IMG/VR virus record: IMGVR_UViG_3300022852_000105
Location: 1 to 30,683 of that record
Strand: one strand, 5' to 3'
Source: a virus
Taxonomy: Duplodnaviria; Caudoviricetes
DNA: 30,683 bases
The notes beneath the pieces are model-generated. The model was not told the DNA's origin. It worked only from the letters and a program-made list of their open reading frames with translations, and did not search any database. Position 1 is the first letter of the stretch. Every line of letters begins with the position of its first letter. Shown here piece after piece: positions 7,529 through 15,463 of this stretch. The translations under genes and the position numbers were made by a program.

Positions 7529-8206
7529 TCAGCCGCCTTGTCGGTAGACGAATTGGCCGCGGATCTTCAACATGTCGGCTTGATCCGGCGGCACACGCTC
7601 ATCCGGAAATCTCTGCTTATCAGTGTTCAAGCTAACAAGGATCCAACTGCCATCAATGTCTCGTCGAACGAGCTTGATGCGCAGGCCGTCGGGATGATCG
7701 ATCAGGTAAATCTTGCCCGTTATTGGCTCTGTCTTTGACGTGTCGAACACGACGGTGTCGCCGTCCACTATAAAGTTCGACATGCTGTCGCCGTCGGCTT
7801 GAATGGCCACAGCATCGCGGGGCGCCAGAGCGTAGCGCTCAAAAAACGCGGGTTCCTTTATCAGGTCATCCTCGGGTAGCCCGCCTTCCGGCCATGAGCT
7901 GCCACCACACGAACCTCGCGATTCCATGAATGGAATCCGCTGAAATTCGTTCCTTTCCTCAACAGCTCCGGGCTTCAAGTACTTGTTCGGATTCACGCTT
8001 TCAGTAGGCCAGCCCTCCCCTTTGGCCAACCAGAGGGGATCTAGGCCGAGTGCATCGGCAAGCGTGAAGACGTGCCTCGACTCGCCGTAGCTGCCTCGCT
8101 CGATACCCGCGATCAACGACTGACTTACGCCGGCCTTCTTTGCCAACTGCTGTTGCGTTAAGCCGAGCTCTGTTCGTCTCTGTTTGAGGCGGTCGCCGAG
8201 TGTCAT
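7529..8206 (-). CDS. cI: Phage CI-like repressor (XRE HTH + S24 peptidase), 225 aa
   Basis: LGDRLKQRRTELGLTQQQLAKKAGVSQSLIAGIERG HTH; SCGG cleavage-site-like segment; GDSM catalytic Ser and RIKL Lys; start taken at MTLGDRL. Confidence 0.93.
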   Translation of the reverse strand: MTLGDRLKQRRTELGLTQQQLAKKAGVSQSLIAGIERGSYGESRHVFTLADALGLDPLWLAKGEGWPTESVNPNKYLKPGAVEERNEFQRIPFMESRGSCGGSSWPEGGLPEDDLIKEPAFFERYALAPRDAVAIQADGDSMSNFIVDGDTVVFDTSKTEPITGKIYLIDHPDGLRIKLVRRDIDGSWILVSLNTDKQRFPDERVPPDQADMLKIRGQFVYRQGG

Positions 8207-8237
8207 GGTGCAGTCCGAGGATAAGTCGCAGCTGAAT

Positions 8238-8289
8238 ATTAGCAGACTCATGAGAAAAAGTTGACTAGTGATATTAGTAAGCTGATAAT
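8238..8289 (+). promoter_or_regulatory. pR promoter and OR operator-like sites
   Basis: TTGACT (8261-8266)-17 bp-GATAAT (8284-8289); ATTAG-CAGA-CTCAT at 8238-8251 and ATTAG-TAAG-CTGAT at 8273-8286. Confidence 0.82.
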
Positions 8290-8295
8290 TAAGGA

Positions 8296-8526
8296 ATGAA
8301 CGCAGCGAAACTTATTCGTGATCTGATGAAAAAGGGCCTCACGCAGGCGCTTATCGGTCATCACATCGGTATTTCTCAGGGCGCCGTCAGTCTGCATTTG
8401 AAAGCGGATGGGAAAAGCGAACTGTCCCATTCGAAGGGTGAAAGATTGATGGCGCTCCACAGGCGAATTTGTGGGGCTACGCGGGCACATATCTTCACGG
8501 CCGAAGGTGATGACTCCCATGCCTGA
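8296..8526 (+). CDS. cro: Cro-like HTH protein
   Basis: Divergent from cI; LIRDLMKKGLTQALIGHHIGISQGAVS HTH. Confidence 0.85.
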   Translation: MNAAKLIRDLMKKGLTQALIGHHIGISQGAVSLHLKADGKSELSHSKGERLMALHRRICGATRAHIFTAEGDDSHA

Positions 8527-8686
8527 AGTCGAAACCCGCCTTATCGGACAAGCTGAAGAGGTGCCGGCAAGCAATGCGGGCGTAGGAGAGCGTGACGTCC
8601 CGCACGCGGCGCGCGAGCACGTTCCCGGCGACACCACGACGCCGCCTGCACCCGGTGCCGTTCGCATCGGCCCAGAGGACGTTTAG
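8519..8686 (+). CDS. Possible small hypothetical protein (55 aa)
   Basis: ATG overlaps the end of cro, GAAGGTGA RBS-like, stop 2 nt before the next start; no recognisable motif. Confidence 0.35.
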   Translation: MPEVETRLIGQAEEVPASNAGVGERDVPHAAREHVPGDTTTPPAPGAVRIGPEDV

Positions 8687-8688
8687 CC

Positions 8689-8889
8689 ATGAACACCGCC
8701 GTTTCAATCCTGATCCTGATCGCTGCGTTCACGTGGCTGCTGATGTTGATCACTGGATGCTGCGTCGGCGTGTGGTGGCTGTGGCGCCGCCGCGGTATGC
8801 GCAAGTGGATTGCCGATTTCGATCAGGGCCTGGAGCGCGCAGAACGCGCGCGGGCCAACTTTCAACGCCGCCACCGGTTCAGGCCGTAG
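8689..8889 (+). CDS. Small single-pass membrane protein (66 aa)
   Basis: Long N-terminal hydrophobic stretch followed by WRRR and a basic tail; GAGGA RBS. Confidence 0.6.
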   Translation: MNTAVSILILIAAFTWLLMLITGCCVGVWWLWRRRGMRKWIADFDQGLERAERARANFQRRHRFRP

Positions 8890-8902
8890 CGGATGCCAGT
8901 GT

Positions 8903-8961
8903 GCACACGGCTAGGGTAGCTCCCGAAAAGATGGACTCCTCCACCCATCCAGCCGCAGTGC
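8903..8961 (+). ncRNA. Structured c4-like phage RNA element
   Basis: Closing stem GCAC-A-CGGCT / AGCCG-CA-GTGC encloses hairpins GGG-TAGCT-CCC and GATGG-ACTCCTCCAC-CCATC; the loop is complementary to downstream GTGGAG and TGGAGG. Confidence 0.6.
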
Positions 8962-8988
8962 CTTCACCAGTGGAGCGATGGAGGTTCT

Positions 8989-9330
8989 ATGACCCCCCGC
9001 ATGATTGTCCCGCTGCTGCGCTACACGGACGCGCAGGGCAAAGAGCATGAAGTGACCTTGGTCCAAGCCCAGCACGACCAACCGCCGCGCATCGTGTCTA
9101 GCCGGTGCGACGGTACGAAATGGCCTGGTGTCGATGTATCGCTGGGCGCGCTGTTCGATATCTCGCTTCGTGAGGGGCCGATCCGTCAGGCGATTGGCGA
9201 TGGGCCAGAGTACGCCGAACTGTCGGCCGAACGAGTACGTGACGCGGCTGAATTGGCTCTGCGTGCGCTGCCGCCCACCGCTGGGCGCTTTCGCGTGGTG
9301 TGGGTGCCCGACGACGGGTTGCCGTTCTGA
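8989..9330 (+). CDS. Hypothetical phage protein (113 aa)
   Basis: GGAGG RBS; fills the gap before the replication gene; ends in DDGLPF. Confidence 0.65.
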   Translation: MTPRMIVPLLRYTDAQGKEHEVTLVQAQHDQPPRIVSSRCDGTKWPGVDVSLGALFDISLREGPIRQAIGDGPEYAELSAERVRDAAELALRALPPTAGRFRVVWVPDDGLPF

Positions 9331-9340
9331 GGCGCTCACA

Positions 9341-10276
9341 TTGACACACGAGAACACTTCGCCGCAGGTCGAGGACGGCCACACGCGCCTCGCCAATGAG
9401 TTGCTGGAGGCCATGTGCCGTGCCGGCTTCTCGGCGCGCCAGTGGGCCGTTGTGATGGCCGTGGTGCGCAAAACCTATGGCTACGGGAAAAAGGCTGATG
9501 ACATCAGCCTGGGACAACTTTCATCTATGACAGGCATCGCCAAGCCGCACGTCAGCCGTGCTGTAAACGACCTCATCGTCGCAGGCGTCCTACGCCGATC
9601 GGCCGGCACATTCGGCAACTCGCTGTCCCTCAACAAACGCTACAAACAATGGGCGCTTGCGGGTGCTGCTCAGGCCGTTACCGATTCGGTCACGCAGGGG
9701 TTACCGAAAGAGCAACCGGGGTTACCGGAACAGCAACCCCTGCAAGGGGTTACCGAAACGGCAACGGGGGTTACTGATTCGGTCACTGGGGTTGCTGATT
9801 CGGTAAGGGTTACCGATTCGGTCACGCAGGGGTTACCGATTCGGGAACCACAAAAGGAAACTATACAAAAGAAAGAAAAACCCTTGTCGGGCAAGCCCGA
9901 CTCGGCGCCTCCTTGCCAGAGGGAAACAGACGCCGCCGAGGCCATCATCGCCCACCTCAACGAGGTGACGGGATCGTCGTTCAAGCCCGTAGAGTCCAAC
10001 CTCCGTCTAGTGCGTGGCAGACTCGGCGAAGGCTACACCGTGGAGGAAATTCGCGCGGTGATCGATGCCAAGCGCGCAGAGTGGTTCGGAAACCCGCGGT
10101 GGGGGAAGTACCTGCGGCCGGCCACCCTGTTCAATGCGACAAACTTCGCGCAGTACGTGGGGCTGCTGGGCAACGTCGTGGCGCCCGAGGATGGGCGCAT
10201 CGATCTGGGCAATGGTCGCTATCGGCTCAACGGCCGAATTTTCGGCGCAGATGGCCGCCCGGAGGTGGTGCTGTGA
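9341..10276 (+). CDS. Lambda O-like replication initiator with conserved phage C-terminal domain (TTG start, 311 aa)
   Basis: QVEDGHTRLANELLEA...RKTYGYGKKADDIS (Phage_rep_O-like); C-terminal IIAHLNEVTG...KYLRPATLF; internal iterons. Confidence 0.88.
   Translation: MTHENTSPQVEDGHTRLANELLEAMCRAGFSARQWAVVMAVVRKTYGYGKKADDISLGQLSSMTGIAKPHVSRAVNDLIVAGVLRRSAGTFGNSLSLNKRYKQWALAGAAQAVTDSVTQGLPKEQPGLPEQQPLQGVTETATGVTDSVTGVADSVRVTDSVTQGLPIREPQKETIQKKEKPLSGKPDSAPPCQRETDAAEAIIAHLNEVTGSSFKPVESNLRLVRGRLGEGYTVEEIRAVIDAKRAEWFGNPRWGKYLRPATLFNATNFAQYVGLLGNVVAPEDGRIDLGNGRYRLNGRIFGADGRPEVVL
9677..9881. repeat. Phage replication origin: eight 17-bp iterons plus an A-rich tract inside the initiator gene
   Basis: GTTACCGATTCGGTCAC-like imperfect palindromes starting at 9677, 9700, 9721, 9749, 9770, 9791, 9809, 9832; then AAAAGGAAACTATACAAAAGAAAGAAAAA. 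Confidence 0.88.
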
Positions 10277-12000
10277 AGACCTTCAACGACTTCGGCATTG
10301 ACCTGCGGGGGCGCACGGGCGTGGAGATCAAGACCACGTGCCCGAAATGCTCGCCCAGTCGCCGGAAGAAAAACTACCCGTGCCTGTCGGTCAACACCGA
10401 CAAGGGCCTGTGGAACTGCCACCACTGCGGCTGGGGCGGATCGCTGGGTCACGGCGAAGAGCGCCGCCCGGAGGCGCCCAAGATCTATCGCAAGCCCGAC
10501 TACGTGGTGAACCGCACCGATCTGCCCCAGACCGTCGTGGACTACTTCGCAGGCCGCGGCATCAGCCAGGGCACGCTGCTGCGCAACTGCATCGGCTACG
10601 GCCAGCAGTACTTCCCCCAGGTCGAGGAGGAGCGGACCTGCGTCATGTTCCCGTACCTGGACGGCGATGAGGTGATCAACGTCAAGTACCGCACCGGCGA
10701 CAAGCTGTTCCGGCTGGCGTCGGGTGCGAAGCGTGTGCTGTACGGTTTGAACGACGTGGATGCGGTTTTGATCTGGGTCGAGGGGGAGATGGACAAGCTG
10801 TCGGTGGAAGAGGGTGGCTTCAAAAACTGCGTCTCGGTGCCGGATGGTGCGCCCACGCCCGACACGAAGAACTATGACAGCAAATTTGATTTCCTGGATT
10901 GCGAGCAGTTGGCCGACGTCCGCGAGCACATCATCGCCGTGGATGACGACGCTCCGGGCCGTCGCCTGCAAGAGGAACTGATCCGTCGTCTTGGCCGTGA
11001 CAAGTGCTTGATAGTGACCTGGCCGGGCGGCTGCAAAGACGCCAATGACGTACTGATCAAGCTTGGCCCAGACGCCTTGCAAAAGTGCATCGAAGACGCG
11101 CAACCGGTGCCGATTGAGGGCACGTACTCGGTCACGGATTTCCGGTCAGAGATCCTGCGGCGCTACGAGGGCGAGGTTCGTCGCGGCGTCTCCACCGGCT
11201 GGGCCGGCATGGACGGGCACTACACGGTGCTGGAAGGCGAATGGACGCTGGTGACGGGTATCCCTGGGCACGGTAAATCCGAATGGTTGGATGCGCTGGC
11301 TGTCCACCTTGCCCAGCAGAATGGCTGGAATTTTGGGGTGTTCTCGCCCGAGAACTTTCCGGCCGACTATCACAGCGAAAAGCTGATGGAAAAGTTCATC
11401 GGCAAGCCGTTCGCCGCCGGTCCAACCGAACGTATGAGCGTGGCCGAGTTGGACAGCGCAATGGATTTCCTGGCGGATCACTTCACTTTCATGATGCCAG
11501 AGTCTCCCAGTCTGGATGCGCTGTTGGAGCAAGCCAGCCGTCTGGTGACTCGCAAGGGCATCCGGGGGCTGATCATGGATCCGTGGAACGAGATTGAGCA
11601 TGGCCGGGCGCCAGGCCAAACCGAGACGGATTACATCTCTTTGGCTCTGTCCAAGATCCGGAAGTTCTGCTGGGCACATGGGGTTCATGCCTGGGTCGTG
11701 GCGCACCCCGCGAAGCTCTACAAGGACAAGGATTCGGGCGACTATCCGATCCCAACACCCTATGACGTATCCGGCTCGGCACATTGGAGAAACAAGGCCG
11801 ATAACTGCATAACGGTGTACCGGCACGTCAAGGACGAGAACAAGCCGGTGGAGATCCACATCCAGAAAATCCGCAAAAAGTTCGTCGGGCGCGTGGGCAT
11901 GGTTGAGCTCCATTACGACCGCGTGACAGGCCAGTACCACGACTACGCGCACTTCCCGCGGGCACCAATCTATTCCCTGCAAAACCGGGGGGCTGCGTAA
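10273..12000 (+). CDS. Bifunctional primase-helicase, T7 gp4/Twinkle type (GTG start, 575 aa)
   Basis: Zn finger CPKC...CHHC, TOPRIM VEGEMD and DDD, SF4 Walker A GIPGHGKS, IMDPWN, VVAHP, SGSAHW; GTGA overlap with the initiator. Confidence 0.92.
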   Translation: MKTFNDFGIDLRGRTGVEIKTTCPKCSPSRRKKNYPCLSVNTDKGLWNCHHCGWGGSLGHGEERRPEAPKIYRKPDYVVNRTDLPQTVVDYFAGRGISQGTLLRNCIGYGQQYFPQVEEERTCVMFPYLDGDEVINVKYRTGDKLFRLASGAKRVLYGLNDVDAVLIWVEGEMDKLSVEEGGFKNCVSVPDGAPTPDTKNYDSKFDFLDCEQLADVREHIIAVDDDAPGRRLQEELIRRLGRDKCLIVTWPGGCKDANDVLIKLGPDALQKCIEDAQPVPIEGTYSVTDFRSEILRRYEGEVRRGVSTGWAGMDGHYTVLEGEWTLVTGIPGHGKSEWLDALAVHLAQQNGWNFGVFSPENFPADYHSEKLMEKFIGKPFAAGPTERMSVAELDSAMDFLADHFTFMMPESPSLDALLEQASRLVTRKGIRGLIMDPWNEIEHGRAPGQTETDYISLALSKIRKFCWAHGVHAWVVAHPAKLYKDKDSGDYPIPTPYDVSGSAHWRNKADNCITVYRHVKDENKPVEIHIQKIRKKFVGRVGMVELHYDRVTGQYHDYAHFPRAPIYSLQNRGAA

Positions 12001-12180
12001 CGGCCCCCACTTCGCCTGCCATTTATGCAGGTTCAATCCCAATGAAGTACATCGCCGCCGCTATTGCGGACGGGCGTTGCGCTTGCCCAGAAGCCAGCTT
12101 AAGCGGCTCTGCGGTTGAGCTTGTGGCGCGCCTGCTGCGCGTCCCTCCCTACAACCCTGGAATCGTTTGAGGAACTGATC

Positions 12181-12552
12181 ATGCTCGATCACAACAACCC
12201 TGACACCTGGCTGGAGATCCCGTATGAGGAGCGCCGGGCCGCACCCGCCGCGCGCGTCCACAACCCGCCGGAATCGCACGCCGACCAAGGCATGGCATAC
12301 GCGCCGTGCCGCTGCTGGCGCTGCCGCGGGGGCGTGGCGCTCGCTGATCGCGCCACCCTCGACCGCCTGCTGGCCAAACATCTGATGACGCTGAGCGAAT
12401 CCGAGCGGGGCCAGTGGATGCTGTTCTGGGCGGCGCATCCGCGCCATGACGCAGATGCCCTGGACCAGATGAACGCGTGGCTGCGCATCGCAGGCGCCAG
12501 CAACGAGCCGGCGCCCGCGTATCCCGTCATCACGATGCCGGAGGACGCATGA
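12181..12552 (+). CDS. Hypothetical phage protein with CxCxxC motif (123 aa)
   Basis: GAGGA RBS before ATG 12181; stop overlaps the next start (ATGA). Confidence 0.65.
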   Translation: MLDHNNPDTWLEIPYEERRAAPAARVHNPPESHADQGMAYAPCRCWRCRGGVALADRATLDRLLAKHLMTLSESERGQWMLFWAAHPRHDADALDQMNAWLRIAGASNEPAPAYPVITMPEDA

Positions 12553-13139
12553 GCGAACGCAACGCACCATTTGCTCGCCTGGCCGTGGCGCTGGCCTACG
12601 CATTCAGCGATGAGCGTCACACCCTTAACCGACCGGCGATGGCACGCGCCGCAGACATGCGCCTGGGCGAGCCTGGGCCGCTTTCTGGTGCGGACGGTTG
12701 CGCGGAGATCGGCAAGGTTCGGCAGTTTCTGGAACGAAACCTGGACCCGCTGCACGTGGCCGTGCTGCACGCGCGCTATGGTCAGCGCGTGGCGAGTTGC
12801 AAGCACTGCCACAGCGATGCGGATCACACTGGCTGGGTCGCGGCGCTGTACAAGATCGCGGGGGCGCTGGGCGCGCACCTGTCGATGCGCACGGCGCACA
12901 GTGAGTTGCTATACGCCCTCGTGCGCCGCTACTACGACAGCGGCACCGTTCGGACCTTGCAATCCTTGGCCGACGAGTACGCGTGCAAGGTGCGCAGCGT
13001 TGAGCGGGCCAGCGCGCGGACGAATGACTGGCTCCGCGGTACGCGCGAGAAGAAGGGCGCGGAACCCATCTATGGAGTAGAGCAAGCGGCGCATGCCGCG
13101 GCCGAAAATCTGCTGCGCGACGGGGGGTTTATCCCCTAA
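12549..13139 (+). CDS. Putative late-gene antiterminator, Q-like (196 aa)
   Basis: Lies at the end of the replication operon just before a promoter-terminator pair; ARY...CKHC and a C-terminal HTH-like TLQSLADEYACKVRSVER. Confidence 0.55.
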   Translation: MSERNAPFARLAVALAYAFSDERHTLNRPAMARAADMRLGEPGPLSGADGCAEIGKVRQFLERNLDPLHVAVLHARYGQRVASCKHCHSDADHTGWVAALYKIAGALGAHLSMRTAHSELLYALVRRYYDSGTVRTLQSLADEYACKVRSVERASARTNDWLRGTREKKGAEPIYGVEQAAHAAAENLLRDGGFIP

Positions 13140-13208
13140 CGGGGCAGGGCGCGCCACATGTTAAAACCGGCATGCTAGGCCTAGAGGCTATTCCACGGAG
13201 TCTGAAAG

Positions 13209-13391
13209 ATGAAAATGTACGAAGTCGAGGTATCCATCACGGACGGGAACATCTACATCACGCAGCAAGACGGCATCAGGGACGAGCCGAATGCGGTTGT
13301 GATCACGTCGGATCAAGCAGACATGGTCGCTGAGTGGATCAAGGATGCGGCCGCCTCTCTGAAGAAGTCGGAGAACATTCGCCCGTTGTAG
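13209..13391 (+). CDS. Small hypothetical protein (60 aa)
   Basis: GGAG RBS, protein-like beta/beta/helix pattern. Confidence 0.55.
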   Translation: MKMYEVEVSITDGNIYITQQDGIRDEPNAVVITSDQADMVAEWIKDAAASLKKSENIRPL

Positions 13392-13394
13392 CTC

Positions 13395-13423
13395 TTGACT
13401 GTGCGGAAGTTCACCGCCATAAT
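13395..13423 (+). promoter_or_regulatory. Late promoter, pR'-like
   Basis: TTGACT-17 bp-CATAAT downstream of the Q-like gene. Confidence 0.75.
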
Positions 13424-13458
13424 CAGCGACAACGGATTTCCTCAGAAGTCCGCCTCCG

Positions 13459-13493
13459 AAACCCGCCAAGCGAACGCCGGCGGGTTTTTCGTT
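13459..13493 (+). terminator. tR'-like terminator just downstream of pR'
   Basis: AAACCCGCC...GGCGGGTTT TTCGTT. Confidence 0.75.
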
Positions 13494-13702
13494 ATCTGAT
13501 ATCTCAATCGCGGAGATCGGGGAAGGGGAGGAAATCGGCAAGCCATGGTGAAGTCATCGAAGGGATCGCTACCGGGCTATGAAAGTTGCATCCCTCCCAA
13601 TGCGAAGCCTAATCGCCTACAACGGAATTGTTGTTGGCCGATCCTCCACTACGCTACGAGTTGGCCGCGTGGGGGTCAATCTACCAAGCGCAACGGTCGG
13701 CT

Positions 13703-14020
13703 TCAGTCGAAAAAGTTCTGCAGCTTTTGTGCCATGTTCGACGCATTTACGGACACGGAGTCAAAAAGGGCATTCATCGTTACGAAGTCTTCCTCATATT
13801 GGCTGACCTCAAAGAACGCTAGCGATCCATCGGGGCTCTCTATGCGCATGAGCAATAAGGTCGTTTCGTCGTATTCCCGTGGACGCGAGGCCAGATGAAT
13901 TGTGAAGTCCTTGTGCGAACAAAAAAAGGCGGGCCATTCACCAGGCGTCCATTGGACAGCGCCCGAGTTCGTGGCGTCGATAAGTTGAAAAACAAAGCTG
14001 CGAAGTTGGGGAGGGATCAT
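13703..14020 (-). CDS. Hypothetical cargo protein (105 aa, soluble alpha/beta)
   Basis: MIPPQLRSFVFQLIDATNSGAVQW...; ATGA-coupled to the upstream membrane gene; AT-richer than flanks. Confidence 0.7.
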   Translation of the reverse strand: MIPPQLRSFVFQLIDATNSGAVQWTPGEWPAFFCSHKDFTIHLASRPREYDETTLLLMRIESPDGSLAFFEVSQYEEDFVTMNALFDSVSVNASNMAQKLQNFFD

Positions 14021-14670
14021 CCTTGTATTCCTGTCGGTGAAACTGAGCCTGCGGCCTGACGGCACCCTGCTTCGTGCGATCCTAATTGACCGACAATAGT
14101 CAACAAGGCGTCTCGAGTTTTCGAATGCGTGCGGGAAGTCCTGCCCGTAGCCGTCATCTTGTAAGAAACAAGCATTTGGACATTCCCCCATTCTGCCGAT
14201 TTCTGATCTTTTACCTGCTGGTGACAAAGACGACTGTACAACTCAATTATGCGGCCAATCGTGATCGATGGGATAAGCCGGTTCGCATCCAGGCTATCTA
14301 AGGCAATTTCAATGTTTGCTATGCACTCGGTGATCTCTTTCGTGGTTGCCAGCGATCCTAGCCTCTGTTGAACGTCTTTCGCCGCATCCTTCGCCAGATC
14401 CGCAGCGGACTTAGCGGAAGTCGCAGCGTGGCGGGCCTGTCGGGCCTCAAGAATCGCGAACAAGATCGCGTAGAAAGTGATGAAGGCACTTAAAGCCCCG
14501 ATCCAAGTTGCAGCGTCTTCCCGTAATTTAGGGAAATAGGCAATAACCGCGAAGCTCAATACGAGAATTACAAAAGCCCATATCAAATGCGCTTTGTACG
14601 AAGCTAAGGTCTTTTGCGGCATATATTCGAATATCAGTGAGTCTCTCAAGCAGATTTGTCTGGCCGGCAT
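14017..14670 (-). CDS. Cargo membrane protein: 2 TM helices, coiled coil, helical domain (217 aa; alternative start 14622)
   Basis: LIWAFVILVLSFAVIAYF and WIGALSAFITFYAILFAIL hydrophobic segments; AAGGGAG RBS. Confidence 0.75.
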   Translation of the reverse strand: MPARQICLRDSLIFEYMPQKTLASYKAHLIWAFVILVLSFAVIAYFPKLREDAATWIGALSAFITFYAILFAILEARQARHAATSAKSAADLAKDAAKDVQQRLGSLATTKEITECIANIEIALDSLDANRLIPSITIGRIIELYSRLCHQQVKDQKSAEWGNVQMLVSYKMTATGRTSRTHSKTRDALLTIVGQLGSHEAGCRQAAGSVSPTGIQG

Positions 14671-14867
14671 ATCGTCTCTCCCTTCAGAGCGACGGCTTTT
14701 GCGGTGAACAGGTCTTCAGTGCCTCGTTTGATGACAACCCTCGGCTGCAGATATACCCCGGCTAATACGGACTGCCAATAGTATCAATAAGTTTCACTGT
14801 TCGCTTTGGTGGCGACTATTGCGGCCCGTGTGCACTTGATGCTGTTAGGAATACTTAAAGGTGCGGT

Positions 14868-15199
14868 ATGAGTCTCAAGCCTGTCAAACCACGCATTGCT
14901 ATGGCGGGTTCTAGACTCGCCTCAGCGCCCACGCCCAGCGCCATGCGCATGACGGATCGCAAGCTGCTAGACCGTCGCTTGCGCGTCTGGGCGACTGACC
15001 CACATTGCGCCCACTGTGGCACGTTGACCGCTTACCCCGACGGGTTCGAGCTGGACCACAGGTCAGCCTCCACGATGGGGCGGCGGACACGGACGAGAAC
15101 ACGCAGGTCCTGTGCGTCTCGCGCGATGCGCACGGGCGCAAGGTCGGCTGCCATGACGACAAGACGCGGCAGGACACGGGATACAGGAGCCGTTCGTAA
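14868..15199 (+). pseudogene. Frameshifted HNH endonuclease
   Basis: Frame 1 gives DPHCAHCG...FELDH; after GACCAC-AG-GTC (15060-15061, one base short) the other frame gives VSLHDG..DTDENTQVLC...CHDDKT. Confidence 0.8.
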
Positions 15200-15301
15200 T
15201 GGCGCTGCACACAGTCAAGCTATCCCTTTGAGTTGCGTGGTGGGTGCGGTATCTGGCAGGCGTGGCGTTGGTCGCGCGAAAGACTGGCGCAACTCCGGAC
15301 T

Positions 15302-15376
15302 GCGGCAAGGTTCAGCGATGGGTCAGGCGCTGCCCCCAAAGCCGCTTACGCGGGTTCAATCCCCGCTGCCGCTCCA
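15302..15376 (+). pseudogene. Degenerate tRNA-like sequence
   Basis: GCGGCA/TGCCGC-T-CCA acceptor (6 bp), perfect T arm GCGGG-TTCAATC-CCCGC, imperfect anticodon arm GCTGC-CCCCAAA-GCCGC, decayed D arm. Confidence 0.6.
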
Positions 15377-15463
15377 CATAAAAGAAAGCCCCAACGCGGA
15401 TTACTGGTCGGGGCGTTTTGCGTCGGACGAGGCGCTGCGCTGGCTCGGGACTGCCTGCAGCGA

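Noticed and set aside
8689-8889. Holin call for the small membrane protein
   Set aside because: It lies in the early-right operon with no endolysin nearby
9677-9848. Regularly spaced palindromic repeats resembling a CRISPR array
   Set aside because: Gaps between units are only 1-11 bp, there are no cas genes, and the array lies inside an O-like initiator; these are iterons
4084-10272. Long N-terminal extensions given by the ORF track for Rha (5331), cI (8251), initiator (9128) and primase-helicase (9913)
   Set aside because: They overlap other credible genes or operators; internal starts with RBS or stop-start coupling fit the domain boundaries better
12042-12170. 42-codon ORF MKYIAAAIADGRCACPEA between the helicase and ORF 12181
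   Set aside because: No clear RBS or motif; cannot be supported from sequence alone
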